In this document: in pieces, positions 1 through 10,900 of the stretch
Layout of the letters: every line of letters begins with the position of its first letter
Position numbering within the stretch: position 1 is the first letter of the stretch
From: Cylindrospermopsis raciborskii Cr2010
GTDB lineage: Bacteria > Cyanobacteriota > Cyanobacteriia > Cyanobacteriales > Nostocaceae
Reading direction: 5' to 3'
Assembly (NCBI RefSeq): GCF_003367075.2
Contig: NZ_CP065936.1
Coordinates: 150,001-182,000 of the forward strand
DNA: 32,000 nucleotides
Position numbers and translations under genes: made by a program
Notes under the pieces: generated by a model
Database searches by the model: none
Told to the model about the DNA's origin: nothing
Seen by the model: only the letters and a program-made list of their open reading frames with translations

Positions 1-56
1 CTGCTGCCTATATTACTGGACAAGTATTTAACGTGGATGGGGGTATGGTAATTTAA
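1..56 (+). CDS. 3' end of a short-chain dehydrogenase/reductase (FabG-like) gene, cut by the window edge
   Basis: Frame 3 reads AAYITGQVFNVDGGMVI then stop at 54-56. The ITGQ..VDGG tail is the typical SDR C-terminus. Confidence 0.6.
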   Translation, partial: AAYITGQVFNVDGGMVI

Positions 57-122
57 AATTCAGAAGATAGGGCCTGCGTCATAGCAAGCCCAAATTGAGT
101 AATAGGATTCATGGATACCCAA

Positions 123-1205
123 TCAAGAGTTACTATGAACCCGTGGAATTAAAGTAGAGGACATAAATAAAACAATAGCGGATGCGGAAGCAAAAATTAC
201 AGGTAAAGTCATAGCTTGTATAGACATAGCTAAAATATTAAAGAACAAGGTTAATGACCATAATATCAAGCTAGCGCGTCGTTGAGAAAAACCCCAAGCC
301 AATAGACGATGATGTAAATGATCCTTACCAGGAGTACTGAGAGGGTTTTTTCCTGCTAGGAGGCGTTTAATAAAAACCTGGGTAGTATCTAAAACTGGCA
401 ACATCAAAAACAAAACCGTTGGTATAAGAGAATAAATGGTACTTTCCTGTAATTTACCTAATATACTTGTAGCAGCTAGCACATAACCTAAAAAATAGGC
501 TCCAGCATCACCCATAATAATGCGGGAGGGGTAAAAGTTGTGGCGTAAAAAGCCAAGAGCTGCCCCCGACAGTGCAGCCAATACCAGAGTTGCTGCGGCT
601 CGATTATCAAACTGGGCAGAGACCCCCAACAAACTCATGGCAGTAATAAAACTAATGCCACCAGCTAAACCATCCATACCGTCCATGAGATTAACGGCAT
701 TGGTAATGCCAACTATCCATAAAACAGTGAGAGCTGTAGACAAAAAGGAATCAATAGGAGTACCAAACATCACCTTGATACTCATACCATTAGCCACCAA
801 TAACAGGGCAGTAATAATTTGTGTCCATAACCGAATAAATGGAGGCAGACCAAACTGGTCGTCTATAAACCCAACCAAAACAAGAATAGATCCACCCAAA
901 AGAATTGTGAGAACCTGGGCTAAAACCCCCTGGAGTTCGATAGGTCGGAAAAGACTGGCAAAGACCACAGCAGCAATTACGCCGGCATAGATAGCCAGGC
1001 CTCCCGCATTGGGTAAAGGTTCCCGATTGAGTCGTCGGGCATTAGGTTGGTCAGCCCAACCGACCCGGAGGGCAAATTGACGAACAGTGGGAATTGAACC
1101 CCAGGTTATGAGCCAAGCCAAAATAAAAGTAAATACCACTGCTAACCAGCCGGTGCCACTAGGGTTAGCAATACCAAGAGCCTTAAGAGAGTTGTCTATA
1201 TTCAT
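123..1205 (-). CDS. Glycosyltransferase family 4 polyprenyl-phosphate sugar-1-phosphate transferase (WecA/TagO-like, MraY superfamily)
   Basis: 360-aa polytopic membrane ORF. Motifs NAVNLMDGMDGLAGG and DQPNARRLNREPLPNAGGLAIY fit the WecA-type signature better than the MraY one. Confidence 0.85.
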   Translation of the reverse strand: MNIDNSLKALGIANPSGTGWLAVVFTFILAWLITWGSIPTVRQFALRVGWADQPNARRLNREPLPNAGGLAIYAGVIAAVVFASLFRPIELQGVLAQVLTILLGGSILVLVGFIDDQFGLPPFIRLWTQIITALLLVANGMSIKVMFGTPIDSFLSTALTVLWIVGITNAVNLMDGMDGLAGGISFITAMSLLGVSAQFDNRAAATLVLAALSGAALGFLRHNFYPSRIIMGDAGAYFLGYVLAATSILGKLQESTIYSLIPTVLFLMLPVLDTTQVFIKRLLAGKNPLSTPGKDHLHHRLLAWGFSQRRASLILWSLTLFFNILAMSIQAMTLPVIFASASAIVLFMSSTLIPRVHSNS

Positions 1206-1375
1206 TTCCCCCCATAACCATAACCATTAGTTTGCCAGACCAGTACCAACTGTAATAGTATAGCCTTAGCCAAAACGCTCAGGACAAAGTTGATCGGTAA
1301 AAGTGAGTGCCAGATAGGCGTTCTGGCTTACCTCCCACAGCTGCACCCATTTTTGGTAACTATTTGCTAAATTGA

Positions 1376-3133
<1,758 letters not shown>

Positions 3134-3162
3134 TTGCCGCCCTTTAAGGTAAAATTTTTCAT

Positions 3163-3200
3163 AGTTTGTCTTTTTTATAAGACAAACTTTTTTGTTTTTT
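3163..3200 (+). terminator. Rho-independent terminator of groEL
   Basis: Perfect 8-bp stem AGTTTGTC / GACAAACT (3163-3170 and 3181-3188), a 10-nt loop, then a T-run TTTTTTTGTTTTTTT. Confidence 0.75.
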
Positions 3201-3236
3201 TCACCACTTGTCACTAAAAATTAGGTGAAATTTCCG

Positions 3237-4409
3237 ATGAATAAGAAACATGCTCGCTCTGGGAATAACAGGAGTAATCGAGGTATAGATGGTGCAAAAA
3301 CCGGTAAATCCTTTACTCAGGAATATTATCATCAACCAGGCACTATTCCAGGGACGATTATCATTCATGAGGATGCCCAACAACCACAAATTGTTTTAAT
3401 GGATTACAACTCAACTGATTTAGTCGAAAGGCGAATCATCAATCCAGAAGAATGTAGTGATTACCTCCGGACACAGTCCGTTTCTTGGGTGGATGTCCAA
3501 GGTTTAGGAAATCGGGATGTAATTCATCGCTTGGGACAAACTTTTGATTTACACCCGTTGATTTTGGAAGACGTAGTCAATATGGCAGAACGACCCAAGA
3601 TTGAAGATTATGAAGAACAACTGGTGATAATTGCCCGAATGGTTGTGCCAAATACCAATAATCGTAGTTTTTATAGTGAACAGGTTAGCTTAGTCCTAGG
3701 AACCCATTATGTTTTAACCATTCAAGAAGAATCAGAGCATGATTGTTTCGACAGTGTCAGGGCAAGAATTAATAAGAATAAAGGTATTATCCGGGGAGAG
3801 AAAAGTGATTATTTGGCTTACTCTCTATTAGATGCCATTATTGACGGTTTTTTTCCAGTCTTAGAATTGTATGGGGAGCGTATTGCTGAGCTGGAGGAAG
3901 AAGTAATTACTAATCCTACATCAGAAACTTTAAAGCAAATATATCAAGTTAAACGAGAGTTATTACAACTAAGAAGAGGAATTTGGCCCCAAAGGGATGC
4001 GATTAGTTCCCTCATTCGTGATGGTAGCCACTTGATTAGCCAAGAGGTAAGTATTTACCTAAGAGATTGTTATGATCACGCAGTCCAGGTCCTGGATATG
4101 GTAGAAAATTACCGAGAATTGGTTTCGGGCTTAATGGATGTTTATATGTCGGCTGTGAGTAACAAAATGAACGAAATTATGAAGCTACTCACGGTAATTT
4201 CATCTATTTTCATCCCCTTGACATTTGTTGTAGGAGTATATGGCATGAATTTTAGTACCGAAAAATCGCCCTATAATATGCCAGAACTAAACTGGTATTG
4301 GGGGTATCCCTTTTGTCTGGGATTAATGGCAGTGATTGCCAGTAGTTTAATGTTGTTTTTTTGGCGTCGAGGTTGGTTAACTAATTCATTTGAAATTAAT
4401 CAAAAATAA
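3237..4409 (+). CDS. corA: Magnesium/cobalt transporter CorA
   Basis: C-terminal two-TM region with the YGMNF (GMN) signature and a long acidic cytoplasmic N-domain. The ATG at 3237 is preferred to the GTG at 3225. Confidence 0.9.
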   Translation: MNKKHARSGNNRSNRGIDGAKTGKSFTQEYYHQPGTIPGTIIIHEDAQQPQIVLMDYNSTDLVERRIINPEECSDYLRTQSVSWVDVQGLGNRDVIHRLGQTFDLHPLILEDVVNMAERPKIEDYEEQLVIIARMVVPNTNNRSFYSEQVSLVLGTHYVLTIQEESEHDCFDSVRARINKNKGIIRGEKSDYLAYSLLDAIIDGFFPVLELYGERIAELEEEVITNPTSETLKQIYQVKRELLQLRRGIWPQRDAISSLIRDGSHLISQEVSIYLRDCYDHAVQVLDMVENYRELVSGLMDVYMSAVSNKMNEIMKLLTVISSIFIPLTFVVGVYGMNFSTEKSPYNMPELNWYWGYPFCLGLMAVIASSLMLFFWRRGWLTNSFEINQK

Positions 4410-4440
4410 GTCTGATTTATTGGTGAGGATAGATAATTCT

Positions 4441-5157
4441 ATGGTGTTACAAAGTGGTGATCAAAATCTGATTTTGTTGATGGTTTATATTCTATGCCTA
4501 TATTACACCTTCAACCGGATGATCACATCAATTGATGATATGATCATGCTCAAGTTTGAGAAAGAATCTGTCGCCCAACAATTAAAGGAGCAAAACCTAG
4601 ACAACGAAATAGCAATTTCCTGTGGAGGGGGAACCTATTCCTTGGAGAAAGTTAAAGATAATTTAAGACAATTACCCATCAGCATTGAAAACAAGTCAGA
4701 AACTTTTGCTGTATATGTGGACTGGGATAATAGTTCCTGGGTATTTGAACAGAGTAAAAAATCCCGTCGTGTTATTCGCCAATCTCCAGATATGATCCGA
4801 GACCTAGCTATTCCCCAGGTTCCCACAATTATCGCGCCTAAGAAAACTATGTCTGAAACAGTAACTGCTGAGGATATTTTAAAACGAAATAAGGAAAGCG
4901 GAGTATATGAGGTTAGCAAACCATTAGTTGATATAGCGGTAACCAAGGGACAGAGAAATCTCCAGGGTTGGTACAAGGAGTTTATGGAAGGGAAAAAGAA
5001 AATAGAATTCTCCCTGCAGTTGGTATTAAGAATATCGGAGTTACGTACTGGTTTAGCTTCTGGTACAAATATACCACCTGTGTCTATCATAAACTGTCCC
5101 TTTACCATTGAAAAACTACCGTGGACTTATGCTCTACCTTGGAATAAGAGACGTTGA
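4441..5157 (+). CDS. Hypothetical protein (orphan, no family recognised)
   Basis: Long open frame. The TTG at 4390 overlaps corA, so the ATG at 4441 is the more plausible start. There is a hydrophobic N-terminal segment (LILLMVYILCLYYTF). The antisense ORF 4635-5108 has a non-protein-like composition. Confidence 0.4.
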   Translation: MVLQSGDQNLILLMVYILCLYYTFNRMITSIDDMIMLKFEKESVAQQLKEQNLDNEIAISCGGGTYSLEKVKDNLRQLPISIENKSETFAVYVDWDNSSWVFEQSKKSRRVIRQSPDMIRDLAIPQVPTIIAPKKTMSETVTAEDILKRNKESGVYEVSKPLVDIAVTKGQRNLQGWYKEFMEGKKKIEFSLQLVLRISELRTGLASGTNIPPVSIINCPFTIEKLPWTYALPWNKRR

Positions 5158-5189
5158 CCTTAAAGGTAAATAAAAGGTTAAACTGGTAG

Positions 5190-5568
5190 GGGAGAGAGTA
5201 GACGTAGGTGGTTGCAGATTGGTGATTAACACCGGTTTGAGGAAAGTCCGGGCTCCCGAAAGACCAAACTTGCTGGATAACGTCCAGTACGAGCGATCGT
5301 GAGGAAAGTGCCACAGAAAAATACCGCCAGTTTTCAGAATGCTAATTCTAGAGTTGGTAAGGGTGCAAAGGTGCGGTAAGAGCGCACCAGCAGTATCGAG
5401 AGGTACTGGCTCGGTAAACCCCGGTTGGGAGCAAGGCCAGAGAAACTATGGTTGGTCTTTTACCAGTTTCGGCAAATTAGAGCCGCTTGAGGTAGTTGGT
5501 AACAACTATCCCAGACAGATAACTACCCTCGCAAGAGAACAGAACCCGGCTTATGTGCTGCTCTCTCT
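5190..5568 (+). ncRNA. rnpB: RNase P RNA, bacterial type A
   Basis: Universal blocks are present: GAGGAAAGTCCGGGCTCC (P4 5' strand), ACAGAAAATACCGCC, GGTAAGGGTGCAAAGGTGCGGTAAGAGCGCACC, GGTAAACCCCGGTTGGGAGCAAGGC and ACAGAACCCGGCTTA (P4 3' strand). P1 pairs GAGAGAGTAG (5192-5201) with CTGCTCTCTC (5558-5567). The ends are approximate. Confidence 0.92.
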
Positions 5569-5599
5569 TTTTTAAAACTTGTAATTCTATTTTTTACTA

Positions 5600-6316
5600 A
5601 TGTCCCGCGTTTACCCTCGCCGTCAACGGCAACTTGAAAGTTTAATCCAAAAGTTGGGATTATCAGCAAATAGTCCTATTAAGTGGCCACTGCTGGACTT
5701 GGCACTTACTCACCCTACTGTTTCTGAATCGGCAAATTATGAACAGCTAGAATTCGTCGGTGATGCTGTTGTTCGTTTAGTAGCAGCTGTTGTCCTGTGG
5801 GAAAGCTATCCTGATTGCTGTGTGGGTGACTTTGCTGCTATCCGTTCCGTTCTAGTGAGCGATCGCATTCTTGCTAGATTAGCCAGGGAGTATGGTTTAG
5901 AATTATATTTGTTAGTGGCAGGTAGTGCCACAGCGGATAATGTTGGGCAGGAGTCTCGTTTAGCAGACGCATTTGAAGCATTATTAGGTGCTCTTTATCT
6001 TAGTACCCAGAATTTAATCCTAATTCGTCCTTGGTTGGATCCTCATTTTCAGGAACTAGCAGAGCAAATTCGTTTAGATCCAGCTAAGCTAAATTATAAA
6101 GCTGCTCTACAAGAATGGACTCAAGCGGGATATAAGGTGTTACCGGAATATCGGGTCGTGGAAGTTAATCAACCCCAGAATCCCCATGAACGTTTTTTGG
6201 CCCAGGTTTGGTTACATGAGAAAATTCTCGGACAGGGGAAAGGAAGATCAATCAAAGCAGCTGAACAAGAAGCAGCTAAGGTAGCCTATTTAGCAATTAC
6301 TCAAAGCGTTACTTGA
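5600..6316 (+). CDS. rnc: Ribonuclease III
   Basis: RNase III signature EQLEFVGDAVVRL, a second acidic cluster DAFEALLGALY, and a C-terminal dsRBD (KAALQEW...GKGRSIKAAEQEAAKVAY). Confidence 0.93.
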   Translation: MSRVYPRRQRQLESLIQKLGLSANSPIKWPLLDLALTHPTVSESANYEQLEFVGDAVVRLVAAVVLWESYPDCCVGDFAAIRSVLVSDRILARLAREYGLELYLLVAGSATADNVGQESRLADAFEALLGALYLSTQNLILIRPWLDPHFQELAEQIRLDPAKLNYKAALQEWTQAGYKVLPEYRVVEVNQPQNPHERFLAQVWLHEKILGQGKGRSIKAAEQEAAKVAYLAITQSVT

Positions 6317-6389
6317 AAACACGATTGTGTACATTTTTAGGATATATTTTTATCAGTTTGCCGATTTTTATAGTTCTTAAGGTGCAATT

Positions 6390-7166
6390 ATGACGGGTAA
6401 CCCCCCTGCAATCAATCCGAAAGAGATTAGGTCTCTAAGTGAGTTTGTCAGACTGAAAGCTCCAGCCATATTTATTATGGATGCCCATCCAGACTTAGTG
6501 AAAGAAATCCAATCACTACTCAAAATAGATCCAGATGGTTTAGTTGGACCAGTGACTAAACAAGTATTCTCAGAATTTAAAACATTAAATCAATTACAAT
6601 ACCCATTAGGTTTAGGCATAGGTACTGCTCAGGAACTACTAGAATTAAAAGACAAAGAAGAAACAGAAGCGATCAGAGAAGACCTGATTAAATTAGACCT
6701 AAAAGTTAATCCAGATGCAGGTTCTCCCACTGGTCGTAGCATGACCTTACCCGATGGTAAAATAGTTTATGCCAACCAGTATATAGTTGAGGGTATACCC
6801 TTAACTTGGGGAGAAGCAACCAAAGACTGTACTCGTGTTCCTACTAGTGCGGAATATGTAGCCAATGCCATCCGAGTGGCAAAAACCTGGGGGCCAGTGA
6901 GGGAGAAATTTGGCTCACCCATCAGAATTACATCCGGGTATCGCCCACCTGCAGTTAATAGTTCCGTAGGTGGTGCGCGTAATAGTCAGCATCTTTACTT
7001 TCGTGCCATAGATATGATTCCCATGAATGGAGACTTCAAGAAACTGTGGGAGGTCTTAAAGTCTTCCAATTTTTCCGGGTTGGGAGATGCGGTCTTTATG
7101 GGGAAAAACAAGGGGTTTTTTCACGCTGATGTAAGACCCGGTGGTAGGGTAATCTTCCCCTATTAA
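6390..7166 (+). CDS. Peptidoglycan-binding domain plus peptidase M15A-type (LAS family) zinc D,D- or L,D-peptidase
   Basis: PG_binding_1-like segment (IQSLLKIDPDGLVGPVTKQVF). Zinc ligand pattern H-x6-D (SQHLYFRAID) and a distal H (FFHADV), preceded by ITSGYRPPAVN. I see no N-terminal signal peptide. Confidence 0.8.
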   Translation: MTGNPPAINPKEIRSLSEFVRLKAPAIFIMDAHPDLVKEIQSLLKIDPDGLVGPVTKQVFSEFKTLNQLQYPLGLGIGTAQELLELKDKEETEAIREDLIKLDLKVNPDAGSPTGRSMTLPDGKIVYANQYIVEGIPLTWGEATKDCTRVPTSAEYVANAIRVAKTWGPVREKFGSPIRITSGYRPPAVNSSVGGARNSQHLYFRAIDMIPMNGDFKKLWEVLKSSNFSGLGDAVFMGKNKGFFHADVRPGGRVIFPY

Positions 7167-7272
7167 GTTGTAAGTAGTTATGGTTTAGGGGGATTACAGG
7201 GAAAGACTGTAATGGTTTTATCTCCACCCCCAGTGGCTAAAAGTAATTGAAATGGCATCTTCGGTACATTTG

Positions 7273-7335
7273 TTCGTTCCTCAGCTCAACCTACGTTCAT
7301 CTTGTGTTTAATTACACTCACCCACTTAAATTATC
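7273..7335 (-). repeat. Dispersed hairpin-repeat family, copy A (5' part only, hairpin arm degenerate)
   Basis: The reverse complement, gataatttaagtgggtgagtgtaattaaacacaagatgaacgtaggttgagctgaggaacgaa, matches copy C (21225-21282) with a few substitutions. The AACCCAAC arm and the CCCCCATGGG tail are missing. Confidence 0.7.
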
Positions 7336-7618
7336 CTTTTAGAATCTCATTTACAGTTAACTTCACCTCAGAAAACAAAGGGGAAAAAATCACCTCATCA
7401 CCCGTAAAAACCTGCTCCTCATATAAACCTTCCAGCCACTCCAAAACAGTCACCTTTTGTGCCATCGGATCGACAATCCAATATTCATTAATACCCCGTG
7501 CTGCATACTCAGAACGCTTGTAACGATAATCTCGCTTTTCTTGATTAGGACTTACCACTTCAATCACCAATAAAGGATGGGGCATATCCATTTTTACTAT
7601 TTTAACAACTGATGTCAC
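7331..7618 (-). pseudogene. Uma2-family (DUF820) PD-(D/E)xK endonuclease remnant, C-terminal half only
   Basis: The 95-aa frame with LLVIEVVSPNQEKRDYRYKRSEYAARGINEYWIVDP matches the (D/E)xK half of Uma2 proteins, which as I recall run about 180-200 aa. It has a GTG start and an in-frame stop immediately upstream, and no N-terminal half in any frame. Confidence 0.65.
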
Positions 7619-7993
7619 GATCTATTTTTGTTCAACTTTTACTCAACAAGCATCAATTATAACCTATGCAAACTTGGAAAGGTCAAGTATCGTTACAAAA
7701 ATTCGTGAACTACAAGAATAAGGTATGCGCATTGCACTCGTGCACTACTTCTATTCCTTTCTTATGGGTGGCTGTCTGATGCGATCGCATGTAGATGATG
7801 AAGTTCGTTCCCCAATCCAAACTACATTATCCTCTCCATTGCTGTTGCACTACCAACTAAACTATACTGGAACGTGCTGGATTAATCGTTCAAAACCGCA
7901 TTTGTCGCTTTTAACTATCACAACTTGCTATTCCCGATTTAATATCAATCTAATTTTAGTGGAATCAACAGGATTTTCCCGGAGACCAACACC

Positions 7994-10900
7994 ATGAATG
8001 ATCTAGAAAATATTCCCAATCATCACTATGAACCGATCAAAACTATCCTACGAGTAATTGATTTTTCCCAAAGTCAATTTTCCCTGATTTTTTTGCACTG
8101 TAATGATGCTGAATTACGCGAACAAGTAGCAGCGCAATTGCGGGAAAGATCGCCCAACAAAATTGAGGAGATTACTCTACCTCATTCCGCCATAAGTCTC
8201 TATGATAATATATCCCTAACGTTGGATAGACATCCAGAAGTTTTGATGGTCTTTGGACTGGAGACTGTTAACAACCTGGACTCTATCTTACAGTTCTCCA
8301 ACCAAATTAGAGAAGAATTTAGAAAAAACTTTACCTTTCCCCTATTGATTTGGATAGATGATCAAATACTGAGAAAAATTTTGAGAGTTGCACCAGATTT
8401 AGAAACTTGGGGTAGTATTATTGGCACACCTAATTACTACAATGGAGAAAACCAAGTGAAAAGTTTGGCTCAAATTCACAGGTTTTTGGCAGAAGCGGCT
8501 TTAGAAAATCAACAATGGTCAGAAGCTAAAAAGCAGGCACAGTATGCACAAGAAATCTTAACCAGTGTTGACCACATAATTTTACCAGATGATGGTTTAT
8601 ATCACTTGTTGATTGCTCGTTCCCAAATTGGTTTAGGAGAAACTAGCACGGCTATTAAAAATTTAGAAATCGCTAAAACTCATAGTGCGCCTCCCCAGGA
8701 TCCCCAACTCTACATTGAGATTTTAAAAACTTTGGCCAGTTTATACTTTGATCACGGTAATTATTTAGAGGCGTTCTATGTTAGACAAGAGCAACTACAA
8801 GTTGAACAACAGTATGGGTTAAGAGCATTCCTGGGATCATCCTATTTAAATCCCCAACGCCCAATCATGAACGGGACTAATGGTTCCAATGGTCGTTCTA
8901 TGGCATTTGGTAGGGAAGAAGATATCAAAAGGTTATGGCAAAGAATATCAGACAATGAACATCCATTAGTCGTGATTCACGGACAATTTGCAGTGGGTAA
9001 AACCTCAATTATTCAGGGGGGACTAGTTCCTATTCTGGAACAGGAACTTATTGATGATAGACAGCTGTTACCTATTATTCTGCGGGAGTACACAAACTGG
9101 TTAGAAGAATTATGGGAGCAATTATTAAATAAACTAGAGAACAAGTTACAATCAACTATAGCCATAGAAACATTTAATGGATTATCTCCACAGGAGAGAA
9201 TTATTAAACTATTAAACATCAGTGGCGATAAAAATTTATTAACGGTTTTGATATTTGACCAACTTGAAGAATTTTTCTTTGTTGCCAATAACCTAGAGCA
9301 AAAAAGAACATTTTATCAATTGTTACGCTCTTGCCTAGATATTCCATTTGTTAAAATTATCCTTACCCTGCGGGAGGAATACTTACATTACTTACTGGAG
9401 ATAGATAGACTAGTAGATTTAAGAGTTACTAATAATAACATTCTTGACAAAACTATTCGTTACTACTTGGGTAACTTCTCTAAAGCAGTGGCTAAGAGGA
9501 TTATTCAAACTCTAATGGTCAAAGACCAATTTGAGTTACAGATGGAATTAATTGACCAATTAGTTGAAGAGTTGGGGGACAATTTAGGAGAGGTTAGACC
9601 CCTAGAACTACAAATTGTTGGTGCACAATTAGAAAAGGAGGGAATTGATACTTTAGAGCAATATGAACAATTTGGTGGTAAACAGAAACTACTAGAAAAA
9701 TTCTTGCAGGATGTGATTAAAAGTTGTGGACCTGAGAATGAGTCAACAGCTCAATTGGTTTTATACTTGCTCACAGGGGAAAATGGAACTAAACCCTTGA
9801 AAACTCAAGCGGAAATAATAACACAGTTGTCAGTGGAAAGTGATAAACTAGATTTGGTTTTGAAGATTTTCGTTGGTTCAGGTTTAGTATGGCTAGTGCG
9901 AGAATCACTGAGGGATAGATATCAACTGGTTCACGACTGTTTAGTGCAGTTTATTCGTTATCAGTATGCACGTTCATATTATACTCAGTTATCAGCACAA
10001 TTAGAGAGAATTCAAGCAGAGCTTAGACAAGAAAGGGAAGCTGAAGAACAAGCTCAGCTGGTAACTAAGCTGGAAGAAGATGCACTAATTGCTTTAGACC
10101 AGTTTCAAACTGACCCTCTACTATCCCTGGTTACTGCTGTGGGTAATGCTAACTTATTAAAATCCATAGTTCAAAACAATCCTCTGGATAAGTACCCAAC
10201 CGTTCGTCCCATTTATACATTAAATACTATTCTTGACACCATCAGCGATCGCAACATCATCAAAGGTCATGAAGGTGGAATTACAAGTGTCTGTTTTAGT
10301 CCCGATGGACAAAGTATAGGGACTGGTTCCTGGGACAAAACAATTCGGTTATGGAATTTGCGGGGTGAAAACATCCAGCAGTTTCGTGGTCATGAAGGTG
10401 GAATTACAAGTGTTTGTTTTAGTCCCGATGGACAAAGTATAGGGACTGGTTCTGAGGATGGAACAGCTCGGTTATGGAATTTGCAGGGGAAAAACATCCA
10501 ACAGTTCCGTGGTCATGAAGGTGGAGTCACAAGTATCTGTTTTAGTCCAGATGGACAAAGTATAGGGACTGGTTCTGAGGATGGAACAGCTCGGTTATGG
10601 AATTTGCAGGGGAAAAACATCCAACAGTTCCGTGGTCATGAAGGTGGAGTCACAAGTATCTGTTTTAGTCCAGACGGACAAAGTATAGGAACTGGTTCTG
10701 AGGATGGAACAGCTCGGTTATGGAATTTGCAGGGGGAAAACATCCAGCAATTTCATGGTCATGAGGACTGGGTTACAAGTGTGAGTTTTAGTCCCGATGG
10801 TCAAATCCTAGCTACCACCTCTGTGGACAAAACAGTTAGATTATGGAACTTGCAGGGAGAAACCATTCAACAATTTCATGGTCACGAGAACTGGGTCACC

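Noticed and set aside
538-990. 150-aa plus-strand ORF, and similar antisense ORFs at 1360-1617, 2194-2478, 4635-5108, 9013-9288, 11096-11419, 14873-15205, 23362-23670 and 30473-30814
   Set aside because: All lie fully inside, and antisense to, well-supported genes. Their composition is typical of antisense frames.
5102-5575. ORFs 5102-5314 (-) and 5339-5575 (+) in the ORF track
   Set aside because: Both lie inside the RNase P RNA gene, whose conserved blocks and P1/P4 pairings explain the sequence. The peptide sequences are not protein-like.
7725-7997. 90-aa ORF whose stop overlaps the STAND gene start (ATGA), which could be read as a small coupled partner gene
   Set aside because: The composition is not protein-like (rich in Cys, His, Tyr, Leu and Ser), there is no recognisable motif, and the SD spacing is poor. 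More likely this is the 5' leader of the STAND gene. It could be revisited if the frame proves conserved in relatives.
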